This document shows, piece by piece, positions 1-12,345 of a stretch of 64,000 bases of DNA. A model generated the notes under the pieces. It ran no database searches and was not told the origin of the DNA. It was given only the letters and a program-made list of their open reading frames with translations. Made by a program: the position numbers and the translations under genes. Each line of letters opens with the position of its first letter. The first letter of the stretch is position 1. Source of the DNA: Balanoglossus misakiensis (lineage: Eukaryota > Animalia > Hemichordata); contig CM082579.2 in the NCBI GenBank assembly GCA_040954595.2, forward strand, positions 3,216,345-3,280,344, written 5' to 3'.

Positions 1-518
1 GAGACAGTTTGTATTAGATACATAAATTTCAAACAAATCGAATTTACCATATACATGTATTTTGGAGCTATGTCACTTGATCTTAGGTAACTAGCAAACT
101 AGAGCAAGTCTGGCAATCAAATAAATCATTAGAGTCCAAATAAACAAAACCTAAGAATATCAAGTGATCTAATGATGATTTAGTGGTATTCAAATTCAGG
201 TACTATCATACAGTACTCAAGCATACAGGTAATGCTGACACAGAAGCTAGAATCTATACTTTATCTATGTCATCTCAGGTTACTGTGTTACCGGGTAGTG
301 TTTGGATATGATGCACTTGTTTGCACAGAATGTATATGTACATGTATTGGTATGGTCAGTCCAGTTAGTGTCTCCAGTTATGTATGTACTGAGTACATTT
401 TAATGCAATTAAAGTTCATTTGTATTCAGTTATGAAAAGTGTAATTAAATTAGCATTGTTTATTTGTTGCAATGGATGATACAAGTGACCAACCGCACAC
501 CCATAATTTTATCCACAG

Positions 519-673
519 AATACAAAGCTATCCACAGTTACCGTGGTAACAGTGATATTGAGCTGACCTTCAATGTTGGTGAATCCATATTTGTGTTGGA
601 GGAATGTGACAATGGATGGTGGCGTGGTATCCATGACAATGTGCAAGGATGGTTTCCTGGTTCTCATGTTGAG
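519..673 (+). CDS. SH3 adaptor gene, exon encoding an SH3 domain (gene begins upstream of this exon, probably outside the window)
   Basis: Acceptor ccacag|519 and donor gag|gtctgt. Translates (E)YKAIHSYRGNSDIELTFNVGESIFVLEECDNGWWRGIHDNVQGWFPGSHVE, with canonical SH3 motifs (ELTF, GWW, GWFP). Phase 1 in, phase 0 out. Confidence 0.9.
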
Positions 674-866
674 GTCTGTTCATGATTATGACCGCCGAAG
701 TTAATTAGCGTTTTAATAGTCAATTTGACAAGCAGTGCATTTGTTATTTAATGTTACAAATTCATGTTAATGTAGACAATTGACAGACCAACTCTTGGTG
801 TACTTCAAAGTCAGATATATACCGGTACTAACATACAAAAATATGATTGTCCTCATTCTACCCCAG

Positions 867-1065
867 TTATGTGAGAACAGTGATGGTCTGTCTGATGCGA
901 CAAGCTTTGAGAGTGACTGGTTCTTCACGCCTCAGTCGACACCTTCAGAACTGAGACCAGAAAACTTCCAGTGGGATGGCGTAATTCCCTCCATCGATGC
1001 CAATAAAGGAAATTATGGAGGGTTTGAAATTATACCACAGCTATATGAAGCCATGAAAGCAAGAG
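867..1065 (+). CDS. SH3 adaptor gene, internal exon
   Basis: Acceptor ccccag|867 and donor agag|gtaac. Open frame LCENSDGLSDATSFESDWFF...LYEAMKAR; phase 0 in, phase 1 out, consistent with both neighbours. Confidence 0.75.
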
Positions 1066-1120
1066 GTAACAGATTATCAGAAATTTTGTGCAATCTATTG
1101 AATGTTTCTATTGTGTGCAG

Positions 1121-1132
1121 GTGTAAAAAGAG
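1121..1132 (+). CDS. Candidate 12-nt micro-exon (G-V-K-R) of the SH3 adaptor gene
   Basis: tgtgcag|GTGTAAAAAGAG|gtgaga; symmetric phase 1 and frame-preserving; flanking introns of 55 and 80 nt. Confidence 0.45.
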
Positions 1133-1212
1133 GTGAGAATTACAACTATGAAAACAGAAGAATTGGTCTAAAATGTTCATTGACGCTTTTGGCCATCTGT
1201 TTCAAGCTGTAG

Positions 1213-2400
1213 GTACTCCAAAAGCCAAACCCAAGAGAAGAGCTCCCCAGCCACCAGTCGATCAAACTCGAGCCAGACCGATATCCGCAGATCAGATGAG
1301 CCTACAAAGCTTCAGCAGTGAGAGCCAAGTGACGCCGCGACAGCCCGTACCAAGACCGAACAACGCCGCAATACGATTGGTTGAGAGACAGCATGCTAAT
1401 GTGCAGCTGAAAGAAAGCGAGATGCAGACCGACGCCCATGTGGGCGTGGACAGTGAGACCCCCACTCCAGGCCAGCAGCAGCAGAAGCCACATTCCAGAC
1501 CCAAGTTTGTGAAAATTCCGACCAAAGCTGTCCGGCGAGGCGCGGCGTCTAGGTACCACGAGGCGCCGTCCAGGCCAACACCGCCCCCACCGGAGGCTAT
1601 CCAGAAATATCAAAAGTCTCATTTGGACAAGCATGAAGAAGAAACACTCGGGAGAAATCAGAATGAAGCAGATGCCTCCGGCCAGAGCAGGGATGAACAA
1701 GCGGCGTATAAAAGAAGCAAACCAAAACCCAAACCGAGAAAAAGAACTTTGGAAGGCGGTGATTTGACATTGCCGAGCAGCTCTGCTAACACCAGCGCGT
1801 CAAGTGACCGCTCTCATATATACAGTCTCATTGATGAAAATGAGCACTCGTACCCCATGGTCACCAGCACCCCCAAAGGGAAAACATCCAACTACGAGAA
1901 CTGGCTAGAGCTCACAGATACTAAACCATATCATTTACCAGGACAGAACCAGTACCATGGTTCCTCAATGTCCAATAGGAATAACACTACTGGCAGCACG
2001 GGTAATTTGTACGAAGATCACAGTGCGGGAAATTCCCGGAGTGCAACGCTTCCACCTCAGCCACTTCCCAGACAATCCAGAATTTACGACACGGATGAAG
2101 ACTGGCCGGCACCACCGCCACCGTCAGTGGATGACTCTAATTTCTTTCACAGAGGCGATGAACCACGACGACGGTCGGGAACTTGGTCAAATTGGGATGT
2201 GTCACACGACAGACACGGCACGTCACCACCGGTTCCACAGCCCAGATCTGCGCAGCGTGCTGCATCATTAGAATCACTCCGCACCAGTTATGAACAGTCA
2301 TACAGTCAACATAGATCACCAGTAGGTCTTAGTCCATCTGGTGATATGCCTGAAAAACCTAAACCAAGACCAAGATTCCAATCGCCACCTCCATATCCAG
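1213..2400 (+). CDS. SH3 adaptor gene, large proline/serine-rich disordered exon
   Basis: Acceptor ctgtag|1213 and donor ccag|gtaaaa; lies within ORF 1173-2411; PxPxPR motifs, PPPY and several Tyr motifs; phase 1/1. Confidence 0.85.
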
Positions 2401-2561
2401 GTAAAATCTAAATTCACTGTATCACCAGTGTTGAGTGTGAAGGAGCCCACTGACCATAAGAGCACTTCATTTTTTCTTTTGTGTGATATTTGCATTTTAA
2501 TTTTATACCTGTCTTTCAGAAAAGTTAAAAAAATAGCTGGTTTATCACATTTTCTTTCTAG

Positions 2562-2871
2562 AAAAGAAAAGCAAACCCAAAACACCAGTGCCTGCACCAC
2601 GACCTGACAACCTGAAGTTAGTGCAAAGCCCGGTCCTCTTTCATCAGTCGCGATCGAAATCATCGACACCAAGATCCAACTCTCCCGTTGATTTGGCCGT
2701 CTTTTCCGAGCGGACTGCGGGTGACGGAGCAGAAATGGACGACTATGTCAACGTTCACCAGATCCATCTGGATCTAGGCGGAGACGACCAGGACAGCGAG
2801 AACGACTACGATGATGTGGGTGTCGTGTTGGCAAAGTCGCAGGGTGGCGCCACAGTGTTTCATGTTGAGAG
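2562..2871 (+). CDS. SH3 adaptor gene, exon with PVPAPR, DYVNV and DYDDV motifs
   Basis: Acceptor tttctttctag|2562 and donor gagag|gtgagt. Translates (E)KKSKPKTPVPAPRPDN...DYDDVGVV...FHVE; phase 1 in, phase 2 out. Confidence 0.85.
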
Positions 2872-3086
2872 GTGAGTGGACTCATGAATGGGTGTGAAAT
2901 GGAACTTTATTGGAAATGAAGTTTCCTCTGAATATTTTGAAAAGAGAAAGTTCATCTCACTCAAATCTGGTATCATTAATTAATATCATTAATTAATTTT
3001 ACAGCAGCTGTGCTGTGATTTTAATGTAGCACTGCATTATGACCACTGTGATTTAAATAGTTTTCCTCTTTTACCATAACCTTCAG

Positions 3087-3192
3087 CCCGATGACTCCAC
3101 CATCCAAGATGCGCAATGCAATATTTCCATATCACGCTCAGGCAGACGATGAGCTCAGTTTCAGAGTTGGACAGAGTCTGATCGAGATTGAG
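3087..3192 (+). CDS. SH3 adaptor gene, first half of C-terminal SH3 domain
   Basis: cttcag|3087 ... attgag|gtaaga. Translates (S)PMTPPSKMRNAIFPYHAQADDELSFRVGQSLIEIE (SH3 A-x-F-x-Y...DELSF motif); phase 2 in, phase 0 out. Not in the ORF track. Confidence 0.88.
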
Positions 3193-3517
3193 GTAAGACA
3201 AATAATATGAAATTGTAGTTGATAAATAACACAGAAAAATGTTGGAAGATAGCAAGAAATTACAGATAGTGGCCGTTTAACTTATCTTTTGCAGAACACA
3301 CTGTATTGACTCGGCTACCAAAGCCAATTAAAGTTGGCTCCTGTCCAAGAACAGTGTCTGATGATCATACTGTACGTTCACTATGGCATCACTAACACTG
3401 TAGAAATAAATACATGTATGCACATGCGGAATTCGCCAGTTTTGATATCCAGTCCATCCTGGTTCTTGCTGTAGGGTTTGTAATCCATGTGAGAAATATC
3501 TCTGACTCTCCTTGCAG

Positions 3518-3613
3518 AAATACGAAGGCACCGGATGGAGTCGAGGAATGCTGGATGATGGAACTGTGGGATTATTCCCATCCAACTATGTTCACCATGT
3601 GACAGAACTGTAG
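3518..3613 (+). CDS. SH3 adaptor gene, terminal coding exon (second half of SH3, stop)
   Basis: ctccttgcag|AAA TAC GAA...; translates KYEGTGWSRGMLDDGTVGLFPSNYVHHVTEL* with GW and GLFPSNYV SH3 signatures; TAG at 3611-3613. Confidence 0.9.
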   Translation, partial: KYEGTGWSRGMLDDGTVGLFPSNYVHHVTEL

Positions 3614-5299
3614 TGGCCGCTATGAGCGGGGCATATGTAACATCCATGACAGCTGATAAAATCCTTGAAGCTCAATCCCTTTCTCAATTGAAAATTTGGA
3701 TCAATCGTTTTGTGCCAGAAAAATCTGGTAGTTGAGGTGGTCAGTGCCTGTTTTTGATCATCCCCGACTTTTGCAGTGTCTTGCCAAGATAACAATGATG
3801 AATTTTACAACCACAGCATAAATATGTTTCTCTATATCTATATACATCCAGTTATTACATTATCATATACACAAGATGGCATTTACTTACTATTGCAATA
3901 ATCAGACATATTCCAGTTTCATGTGCACCTCATATAACCAACATTTACAGCACATGAACTGGATTCATATTTTGTCAGGTCCGTGGGTTTTGACAATGTC
4001 AGAACACTGTGAGTTTTATGGTATTATGTTAAAATTATTGACATATTTTATTATTATTATTCGTTTTTTTTGCGATAAAAGCACAAAAAATGATCCACTG
4101 GTCAATCCAAAGATTTCCAAAATGACGGCACGAGCGCATTCATTGTGTTTGGAGACACTAACTTTTTGACCCTTTTTTCGTGCTTTTTTGTGTTCACTCG
4201 GGGTTTTCATATTTTGCGGTAGTTTCTATGAACCATGGCACATTTTTGAAGATTAAAACATTTTAAGAAACTCTCAGCGTTGACAATAAAATCCGTTTCC
4301 AATTTTTCCGATCTGCCTAAGAGTATAGCGCCATCTGGAGCAGTATGTCGAAATAAAAACGACATATAGGCCAACGTTTTCATGCATAGCCTTACGCAAC
4401 TACGTAATTTTACCTCAAATCTCTTCCCTAAAACGAATGTCTGGAAGTGTGAAAATATGATTAAGAGTTTTTGCTCCGAACTTTCTCATACCAGCCTCTC
4501 CTTCCACCAAAATATAATTGTTCTAACCCTCAAAAATAAAGAAACTGCCGACGCAGCGCCCACGCGATATTTACTGATCGTAACCACGCGGTACGGGGAA
4601 CGAATATTTCCCTGTAGCGATAATCCCGCCAGGCATATTCTGGACCAGAACCCATGGGAATGTTGCAGGAAATTTACTGCACATTTGCGCAAGATGATAG
4701 ATATACAAAAAATACCTTCTTCCGCACCACTACTGAAGAAATTTCGTTTGTAGGCCTAATATTAGCATTTTGGTTTATCCGCGGCCCCTTCACAAAAATA
4801 CACTTTGTGCATGTGTCCGAGCGCTCATGGGTTTCAGTTAGTTTTTTTAAGTGAGGGAACGTGCAGGTTTCTCTTCAACAATTTTCTTGTTTTTGTCGTG
4901 GAAACCAAGTTACCTCTTCTTTACCTCTTACATGTATTTTCCGCCACAAAGCCCTTTCCAAATGGAAATTCCAAACATGATCTTGTGGGTTCTTCAATCA
5001 TTCGCAGTTACGCGTCCCGACGTTTTCGCTCTAGGGTCTAAGATCCATTGAAGCGCTTGGAACCTTGCAAATATAGTGCAGTATATGTCTGTGCATATAT
5101 AGCTTTAAATCGTTTACGTGCATTATTTTGAAAATTTCGAATTGACACAAAACAGGCTAATTTGTGGAGAGATTTGTGTTGGCTTTCGTTGGTGGCGCCT
5201 TTTAATGCTCCAGTCAAGCGACCCACGATGGTCATCTTAGTCACATGGATTGAAAAGTTTACATAAAACCTGCTAGACGACCGGCAATAGGGTGGATGT

Positions 5300-7330
5300 G
5301 TATGGCCCAACTTGAAGAAAAACGAAAATAATGCCCTTGGTGACATACATGTAGCATTGTACTTTTTTTGCAAATTAAACTGAAACGATTCCTAATTGAC
5401 GAGCTCTTCCCGGGCGGATGACGACCGGTGCATTCTGTAAGATTTCAACGGTGACTCTCTATGATAAGGGTTGGGGTTGCCGACAGCTAGTGGAACGAGG
5501 AAAATTGCCAGCGTCTGATTTTTATTCAATGAGTAGATAAGGAACACGAAGAAATGTATTTAATGATGCTGGTTTTGTTCTCTGGGCAGGGTGGGGTTGG
5601 AGTTAGTTGTCCGGAGCTCATTAACAGTTGAATACGTCATAGGAATGTGCGTTTTGGAATATTGCCACTCAAACGGGCAGAATGGACAAAATCTAACTGT
5701 CAAATAATATATAATTGCGTTTTTCTTAAGTAATAATTTCTTTCTCTCTAGTCTTTGTGAAGTCAATATAATGAAAATATGAGATGTTTCAGAATTCAAC
5801 GGAACTAGTCAGCCGTGGTAAAATGTCGAGTACTAGTACCTCGCTTCGACAGTTTGTGTGAATGCAAAACATACAGTTATATTAAACCTACAAAGAGGCA
5901 GTTTGGTGAGAAAAGTGTCAAAGCACTTGTTAAACTGAACCGATTGTAAGACAGAAGAGGGTTTTCCTCAAGTTGACGTATCGATCCGATGCACTCGTCA
6001 CGGCAAAAACTATAAAGTTGGCCCCTGAGTTCGTATAATCTTCATTGTCCAACACCCAGAAAAGCAATCGAATACTCGATAGAAAAACGTGCAAGAGTCT
6101 ATTGAGAGCTTATGTAGTTGGAGAAAATACTTACCTGAACAAAATTTGCTGAACGGATTACATGCAGAAAGGCGATACGAAAGATGTATTACAGATATCT
6201 GACGTAACGTTTGAAATGCGTGATTTTATTGTGCAAATTTTAAGAAATCACGTCTCTGAAGGTTAATTGGCCTGCGGAACGAATGACGTCGATCTCCTCA
6301 TAAAGCGGCACAGTACAGAATCTCAAATGCGCCGGCAGAAACTGTCGATCGAGCTGTCAACTTATAGACGGACCAGAAAAAAAAACCTAGAACGTACCAC
6401 TTTTTAAGTGATCTACTACCCCTTGCACACATAGCCGCAGTGACCGAATTGAGTGTAATGTATGGTATTGGATGACATAAAGCTTCGACTCGTGTGGGAA
6501 AAGTTTAGCAATTCGGGCACAAAATAGTTTGATTCGTTCATGCGTGTATTGACCTGATCTAACACAGTATGTTTTTTGGGGGCATGCCTTCTCATGTCGG
6601 AAAAAAATTGTTTGTAAAATAAATAATGATTTTAGATTTTCGAATTTCAAAGAAGACTGAATAGCAGGGAAACAGAAGTCGCGATTTCATACTCTAGAAA
6701 GTTTTTTTCTCTCTGATACATGAACTTTAATTCCGTTCTCTGTCACGAAGCTTAGTTTCATAACTTTTTATAAGCATAAAATTGACGATTTAGTAGCTCT
6801 GTCAGAGTTACTTTTGTAAAATTTCGATGAGAAACGACACTTGCCACGGTTTTCCGGTAGTAGTGGATTATCTCTGTAACTTGTGTGGCAGTTCTGTTCA
6901 GTTTCTCCGCCCTGAAATTTAATCGCCCCGCCTGAAGAATGTGGTCACTGAGTGGTGACGCAGCACACATGAACCTTTCATAGTCCGCACAAATATAGTT
7001 CTAGGGGACAAAATGAACAAGACATAGACAGTGAATCTGTAGTTTTATACTCAGTTTAATGTTATTAAAAAGGTAAATTTCAACAATTATCGTTTTCAAA
7101 GTTTTTTTCCGGCTCGCCGACTTTTAATGCCCCCGAAATAAAGTTTTGGCGCATTGATATAAGTCCTGACCTTCTTGCAAATTGGTTACTGTTGTCGTTC
7201 CAAGTTAGGTGCCGAGATGTATCATCATGCAGAACACATGTGTGGCTCGTAGGGAAAGGATCCTGGAAGTTATCCCAGTTTTCGTTCTCCATACACAGTA
7301 GCTTTTGTAGGGAAAACTTTCCAAGCCGTC
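5300..7330 (+). promoter_or_regulatory. Relatively CpG-rich upstream/promoter region of the FREM2-like gene
   Basis: CpG density looks higher by eye than in the introns; CRE-like TGACGT sites near 6200 and 6284; TATA-like gatataag near 7156. Boundaries are approximate and the TSS is not determined. Confidence 0.4.
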
Positions 7331-10300
7331 ATGGCTCCGAGGACTCAGTGTTGGCATATATGCTGGAGAGTTTTAGCTGCATGCTGTGTTCTGCTGAAGT
7401 TGACGACTGCCCAACTACAGGTCGATCCTTCTATTGAAAGTCGTATAATTGTTCGCAACACTGGCATAGCCGTGCCCTTCGGCCGAGAGAAAATCATCGA
7501 CCCTGTGAGCGAACTGAATGTTGCCGTACAACCAGGCGATCGTTGCATCGTCACAGTCTTGGAGAACGACCCGTTATCACAGTGGCCTGGGCGGATATCA
7601 CCAAATGTTTTCCCGTGCGAGTTCGAGTATGGCCTGGTCAAATACTCGCACTTCGGCTCTCGCAAACCCCAGCAAGACCGAGTGAAGTTTCAGCTGCGCT
7701 ATGACACCCCGACAGACACTTTCATCATCCCGTTTATGATCGACGTGCGGGTCGAATCAAAACAGTTGGAAATTGTCACAAGAAATATCCCACTTAACGT
7801 CCAGCGGCTTATGGGACAGAGTGGACCCATTGACCAGACCAATTTGGAGTTCACGTACAACAGGGCTACGGAGCAATGCAAAGTCACTGTATTGAGTCCA
7901 GCCAGTGGATTTCCAAAATACGGCCGCGTAATAAACATCGCTAGCAGCGAAGGGATTATGATGGACTGTGATGACTTCTTGGAGGCCGGCATAGGTTACC
8001 AGCACACCGCACAGACCGATTCGCCCAGGGAAGATTTTATCCCGATGCTTGTGGAATTGCTGGACCAGAACGGGAACAGACTGAAGCAGGAGTATTTCCA
8101 GAAGATGATCAAAATTATCGAAGGTCAAGAAAATACGCCACCGACGAAGAGTTTCACTGCCTTGCTGATTATGGAAGTTGACCAATTCGTTATGACAGCC
8201 ATCACCAGCGATATTTTGGCAGCTGAAGACTTGGAAACTGACCCAGATAAGTTAATTTTCAATATCACCTCACCACTTGGTCCCGGGGAGGGATATATTG
8301 TCAGCACTGATGACCGCAATCAACCCATTACATCCTTCTATCAAAAAGATGTCAGAGATCTGAAGATTGCGTATGTACCACCAAGTCAAGACTCGGCACA
8401 GAAAAGATATTTCGAAATCGAACTTGAAGTTGTCGATTCTGAGCTCGCCACCTCCGATCCCTTCATCCTTACTTTGCTCGTCAAACCGATGAACACTTTG
8501 GCTCCCGTTGCGACCAGAAATACCGGCATGATTCTCTTCGAGGGACAATCGCGTCCATTACTGTCATCCCAGAATTTAGAGATTTCAGACGAGGACAATT
8601 TGGAAGACGTTCGAATTCAAGTTTTGGATGGACTTCGACACGGCGAACTTTTGATCGGTGGCAGGCGCAGGAAGTTCTTCACGCCGGAAGACCTGGATGC
8701 CGGTAGGGTCGTTTACGTTCACGACGGTAGTGACACCTACAGTGACAATATTATTTTTAGAATGACAGATGGCGAGAACGAGGTCGAGTTTCTCTTTCCG
8801 ATCAATGTGGCCGCAATCGACGACGAGCCACCCGTCGTGACTGTCAACACCGGCCTGGTAATCAACAAAGGCGAAGTTGTTCGTATCCTCCCTTTCACCC
8901 TGAGTGCAACAGACATTGACTCTGACGATGCCACCATCATGTTCATTCTCGAACCGCCTTATTCAACTGAGGGAGAAGTAATCAAAAGACAACTAGAAAT
9001 CCCCCAAGATCCTCAGAACTGGCGCTTTGTTGAGGGATACTACGAACAACCTGTCACAGAATGGGTCCAACAGGACATCTTCGATGAAAAAATTTACTAC
9101 CGACACATCGGGCCTCACAACACTCAAGTTGTTGTCGACCAGTTCAAATTCAGAGTAGCTGACAGAAACGAGCCACCAAACGTTTCCCCTGTTCATACAT
9201 TTTTCATCAAAGTTCAACCAGTCGACGACCAGCCACCATATCTGTACCCAAATACACCTCTGACAATGGTGGTTGAGGAGTTTCAGTTGACTGAAATCAA
9301 GAAGAAATTCTTGCGCTATACAGATTTAGACTCTGATGACCGAGAACTTGAGTACACCATCACGGCTCGCCCCTATGACAACGATCTGAACAATCCCCTG
9401 CCAGCAGGTGAAATTGTCCTGTATGAAGATCCAGACATTCCAATCACTATGTTTACCCAAGCCCAGATTAATCACCTGAAAATTGCTTACAAACCACCAA
9501 GCATTGAGCTGGGCATCACTCCAAGAGTTATAACATTTATTTACTCAGTTAAAGATACTGCTGGCAATGTTGTAGCTGATCAGCGCTTCACCATATTCCT
9601 CAGCCCTGTCGACAATAAACCACCAGTCATCACAAACACCGGGTTCACCGTGTTTGAACGAGGCACAATGGTTATCAGTCCAGCAATGCTTGATGCAACT
9701 GACCCAGACACCAACTTGAACGATCTTATCTTCACAATCACCGAGCTGCCCGAACATGGTACTCTGAATTATGATGGTCTCGAAATGATCGTTGGAGAAG
9801 TGTTCGTCCTGGAAGATATACAGAACGGCCGTATTTCTTACGTCAACAGTGGCGCTGAAGAGGACAGTGACAGTTTCCAACTCTCGATCACTGACAGGGT
9901 CCACATCGTTCCTATTACCGTTCGTATAAATGTTCGCCCGATTGACGATGAAGCGCCGACCCTTGAACTGCCACCGGGTACAGTTGGTTCTTACTTGGAG
10001 GTTTTGGAAGGAGGCAGCAGCTTGATTACCTCCAACGTGCTGAGCGCTTCAGACCCAGACACTGATAATCTGATGCTAACTTTCCTCATTACCACCGTAC
10101 CCGCGCATGGTGTTATTGAACGCAACGGTATTCAGACAGACAGATTCACCCAACAAGATATTGTCAACGGACTCGTATCATACAGACACACCGCGGGTGA
10201 AATTGGCCTCATCAAACAGGATGACTCGTTCTCTCTGACTCTCTCTGACATGTCCGATGAATGGATTGTTGGCGGAAATCGCATCATAGAGGTGGAAGTG

Positions 10301-12311
10301 TACGTTACTATTCTTCCAGTCGACACTGTCCCCCCAAATGTCACCATCGGCCTGCCATTTGTTGTCTTTGAAGCCGATAAGAGTCCCATCACCTTGCTGA
10401 ACCTCAACGCTACCGATGCAGACACGGTCGATGATGACATCTCATGCACCATCATCGTTCCCGCAACGCAGGGTTACGTAGAAAATATCTCCCCAGCGCC
10501 AGGATCCGAGAAGTCCAGAAAGGGAATTCCGATTAGTTCGTTCACAATAAAGGACATCAGGCTGGGTCATATCAACTACGTTCAAAGTATTCACCTGGGT
10601 GTTGAACCCATTGAGGACCGCTTCACATTCCGATGCTCCGATGGCATTAACTTCTCGCCAAACTATTTCTTCCCGATTATCATCGATCCTACGAATGACG
10701 AAGTACCGACGGTTTTCATGCGTGAATTTATCGTGATGGAAGGTATGGACCTGACCATTGACACGCCAATCCTGAATGCCGATGACTTGGATGTGCCGGC
10801 CGACGAACTTCACTTCTTCATCACCAAGTTTCCGGTACACGGCACTATTGTTCAGAGAAGACCGACTGGCTCAATTCCTGTGACCAACTTCACACTGGAC
10901 CAGATCATCCAGGGGTCAGCCATCGTTTATGAGCACGATGATTCAGAGACACTGGAGGACACCTTCACAATCAAACTGACCGACGGGATCCACGAAGTGA
11001 CCAAAGAGATCTTGATTATGGTCATCCCCCTGGATGACGAAACGCCAAGGCTGACCATCAACAATGGCCTCGACATTGACATTGGCGAAAACCACCTGAT
11101 CACAAATGATATCCTCAAAGCTACAGACTTAGATTCCAATGATGCCAACATCACGTTCATTGTCCGGTACGGTCCTCGTCACGGTTTTCTGCAGCGGCTG
11201 AACTATGACGGCACAGTACAACAGAACATTACAGTGGGTATGAACTTCAGTCAGTGGGAGATTGACGCCAATCGCATCCGCTATATCCACACTGGCCAAG
11301 TCGGAGCACGTGATCTGATCAAATTTGACGTAACCGATGGTCTCAACCCACTTATAGATCGGTACTTCTATGTCACTATTGACAACATTGACATGATCTT
11401 CCCAGATGTCATCAACAAAGGTGTGACGCTTCGTGAGGGAAGCAAAGTAACATTAACAACCGACTTGTTGAGCACCAGCGATCTAAACAGTCCAGATGAA
11501 AACCTGGTGTTTACGATCACTCGCACTCCTGTCAAAGGCCACCTAGAAAGCACCGACAATCCAGGTGTACCGATTACATCATTTACGCAATTAGAATTGG
11601 CGGGAAACAAGATTTACTACGTGCATACCAGCGATGATGAAATCAAGATGGACAGTTTTGAGTTTGAAGTCACTGATGGTTTCAACCCTGTATTCCGTAC
11701 ATTCCGAATCTCAATCAGCGACGTCGATAACAAAAAACCAGTTGTATTCTATGAAGATCTCGTCGTAAGAGAGGGTGCCAATAAGCTGATCACTCCTTTT
11801 GAACTTCGCATCGATGATCGCGATACAGAAGATGCGTATTTACAGTTCACAATCACCCAACTTCCAGTACACGGCAACATCCTGCGCAACTACACCGAAG
11901 TGGTCAACAGTTTCACCATGGTCGACCTGAGCGAAAATCTCATCAGTTACCAACACGACGGATCGGAAACGACCGACGACAGCTTCTCGTTCATCGTCAC
12001 GGACGGCACGCACTCCGATTTTTACGTATTCCCAGTCACGACAGTCACAACACGTAAACCTCAACTGCTGAACATCCGAATCCTGTCAGTTGACAACGGA
12101 GTTCCACAGATCGTCACCAACAAAGGCGCAACTACCGTCGGCACCGTGGGTGATGGACTCAGTGGTTTCAGATTCACCAATAAGATTTTGAAAGTAGAAG
12201 ATAGAGACAGTGAAAACCCAACTCTGGTCTACACATTGACAACACCTCCAAGCCATGGTTATATTATCAACACTGCATTTGGAAACAACAGCATCACAAA
12301 CTTCACTCAAG
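7331..12311 (+). CDS. FREM2: FREM2 / ECM3-like extracellular matrix protein, exon 1 (signal peptide, N-terminal domain, CSPG/NG2 cadherin-like repeats)
   Basis: 1660 codons + 1 nt. Hydrophobic N-terminus, repeated L.A.D.D...F.I...P.HG...FTQ.DI....I.Y.H....D.F.F.V.DG CSPG units, and the FREM2-typical segment GYVENISPAPGSEKSR. Donor CAAG|gtagga after ...ITNFTQ. Confidence 0.96.
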
Positions 12312-12345
12312 GTAGGAACAAAAACTTTTATTTGGGGGGGGGGAT

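Noticed and set aside
3295-3331. Apparent terminal exon (cttttgcag|...RTHCIDSATKAN*) for the SH3 gene
   Set aside because: Exons 3087-3192 and 3518-3613 give a complete, phase-consistent SH3 domain, which is far better supported.
3328-3795. Minus-strand ORFs suggesting a convergent gene
   Set aside because: They overlap the + strand terminal SH3 exon and its 3' UTR and show no protein-like motifs.
6127-6300. U1 snRNA gene (starts ATACTTACCTG)
   Set aside because: Sequence after the first 11 nt does not continue as U1, and no stem-loops or Sm site are recognisable.
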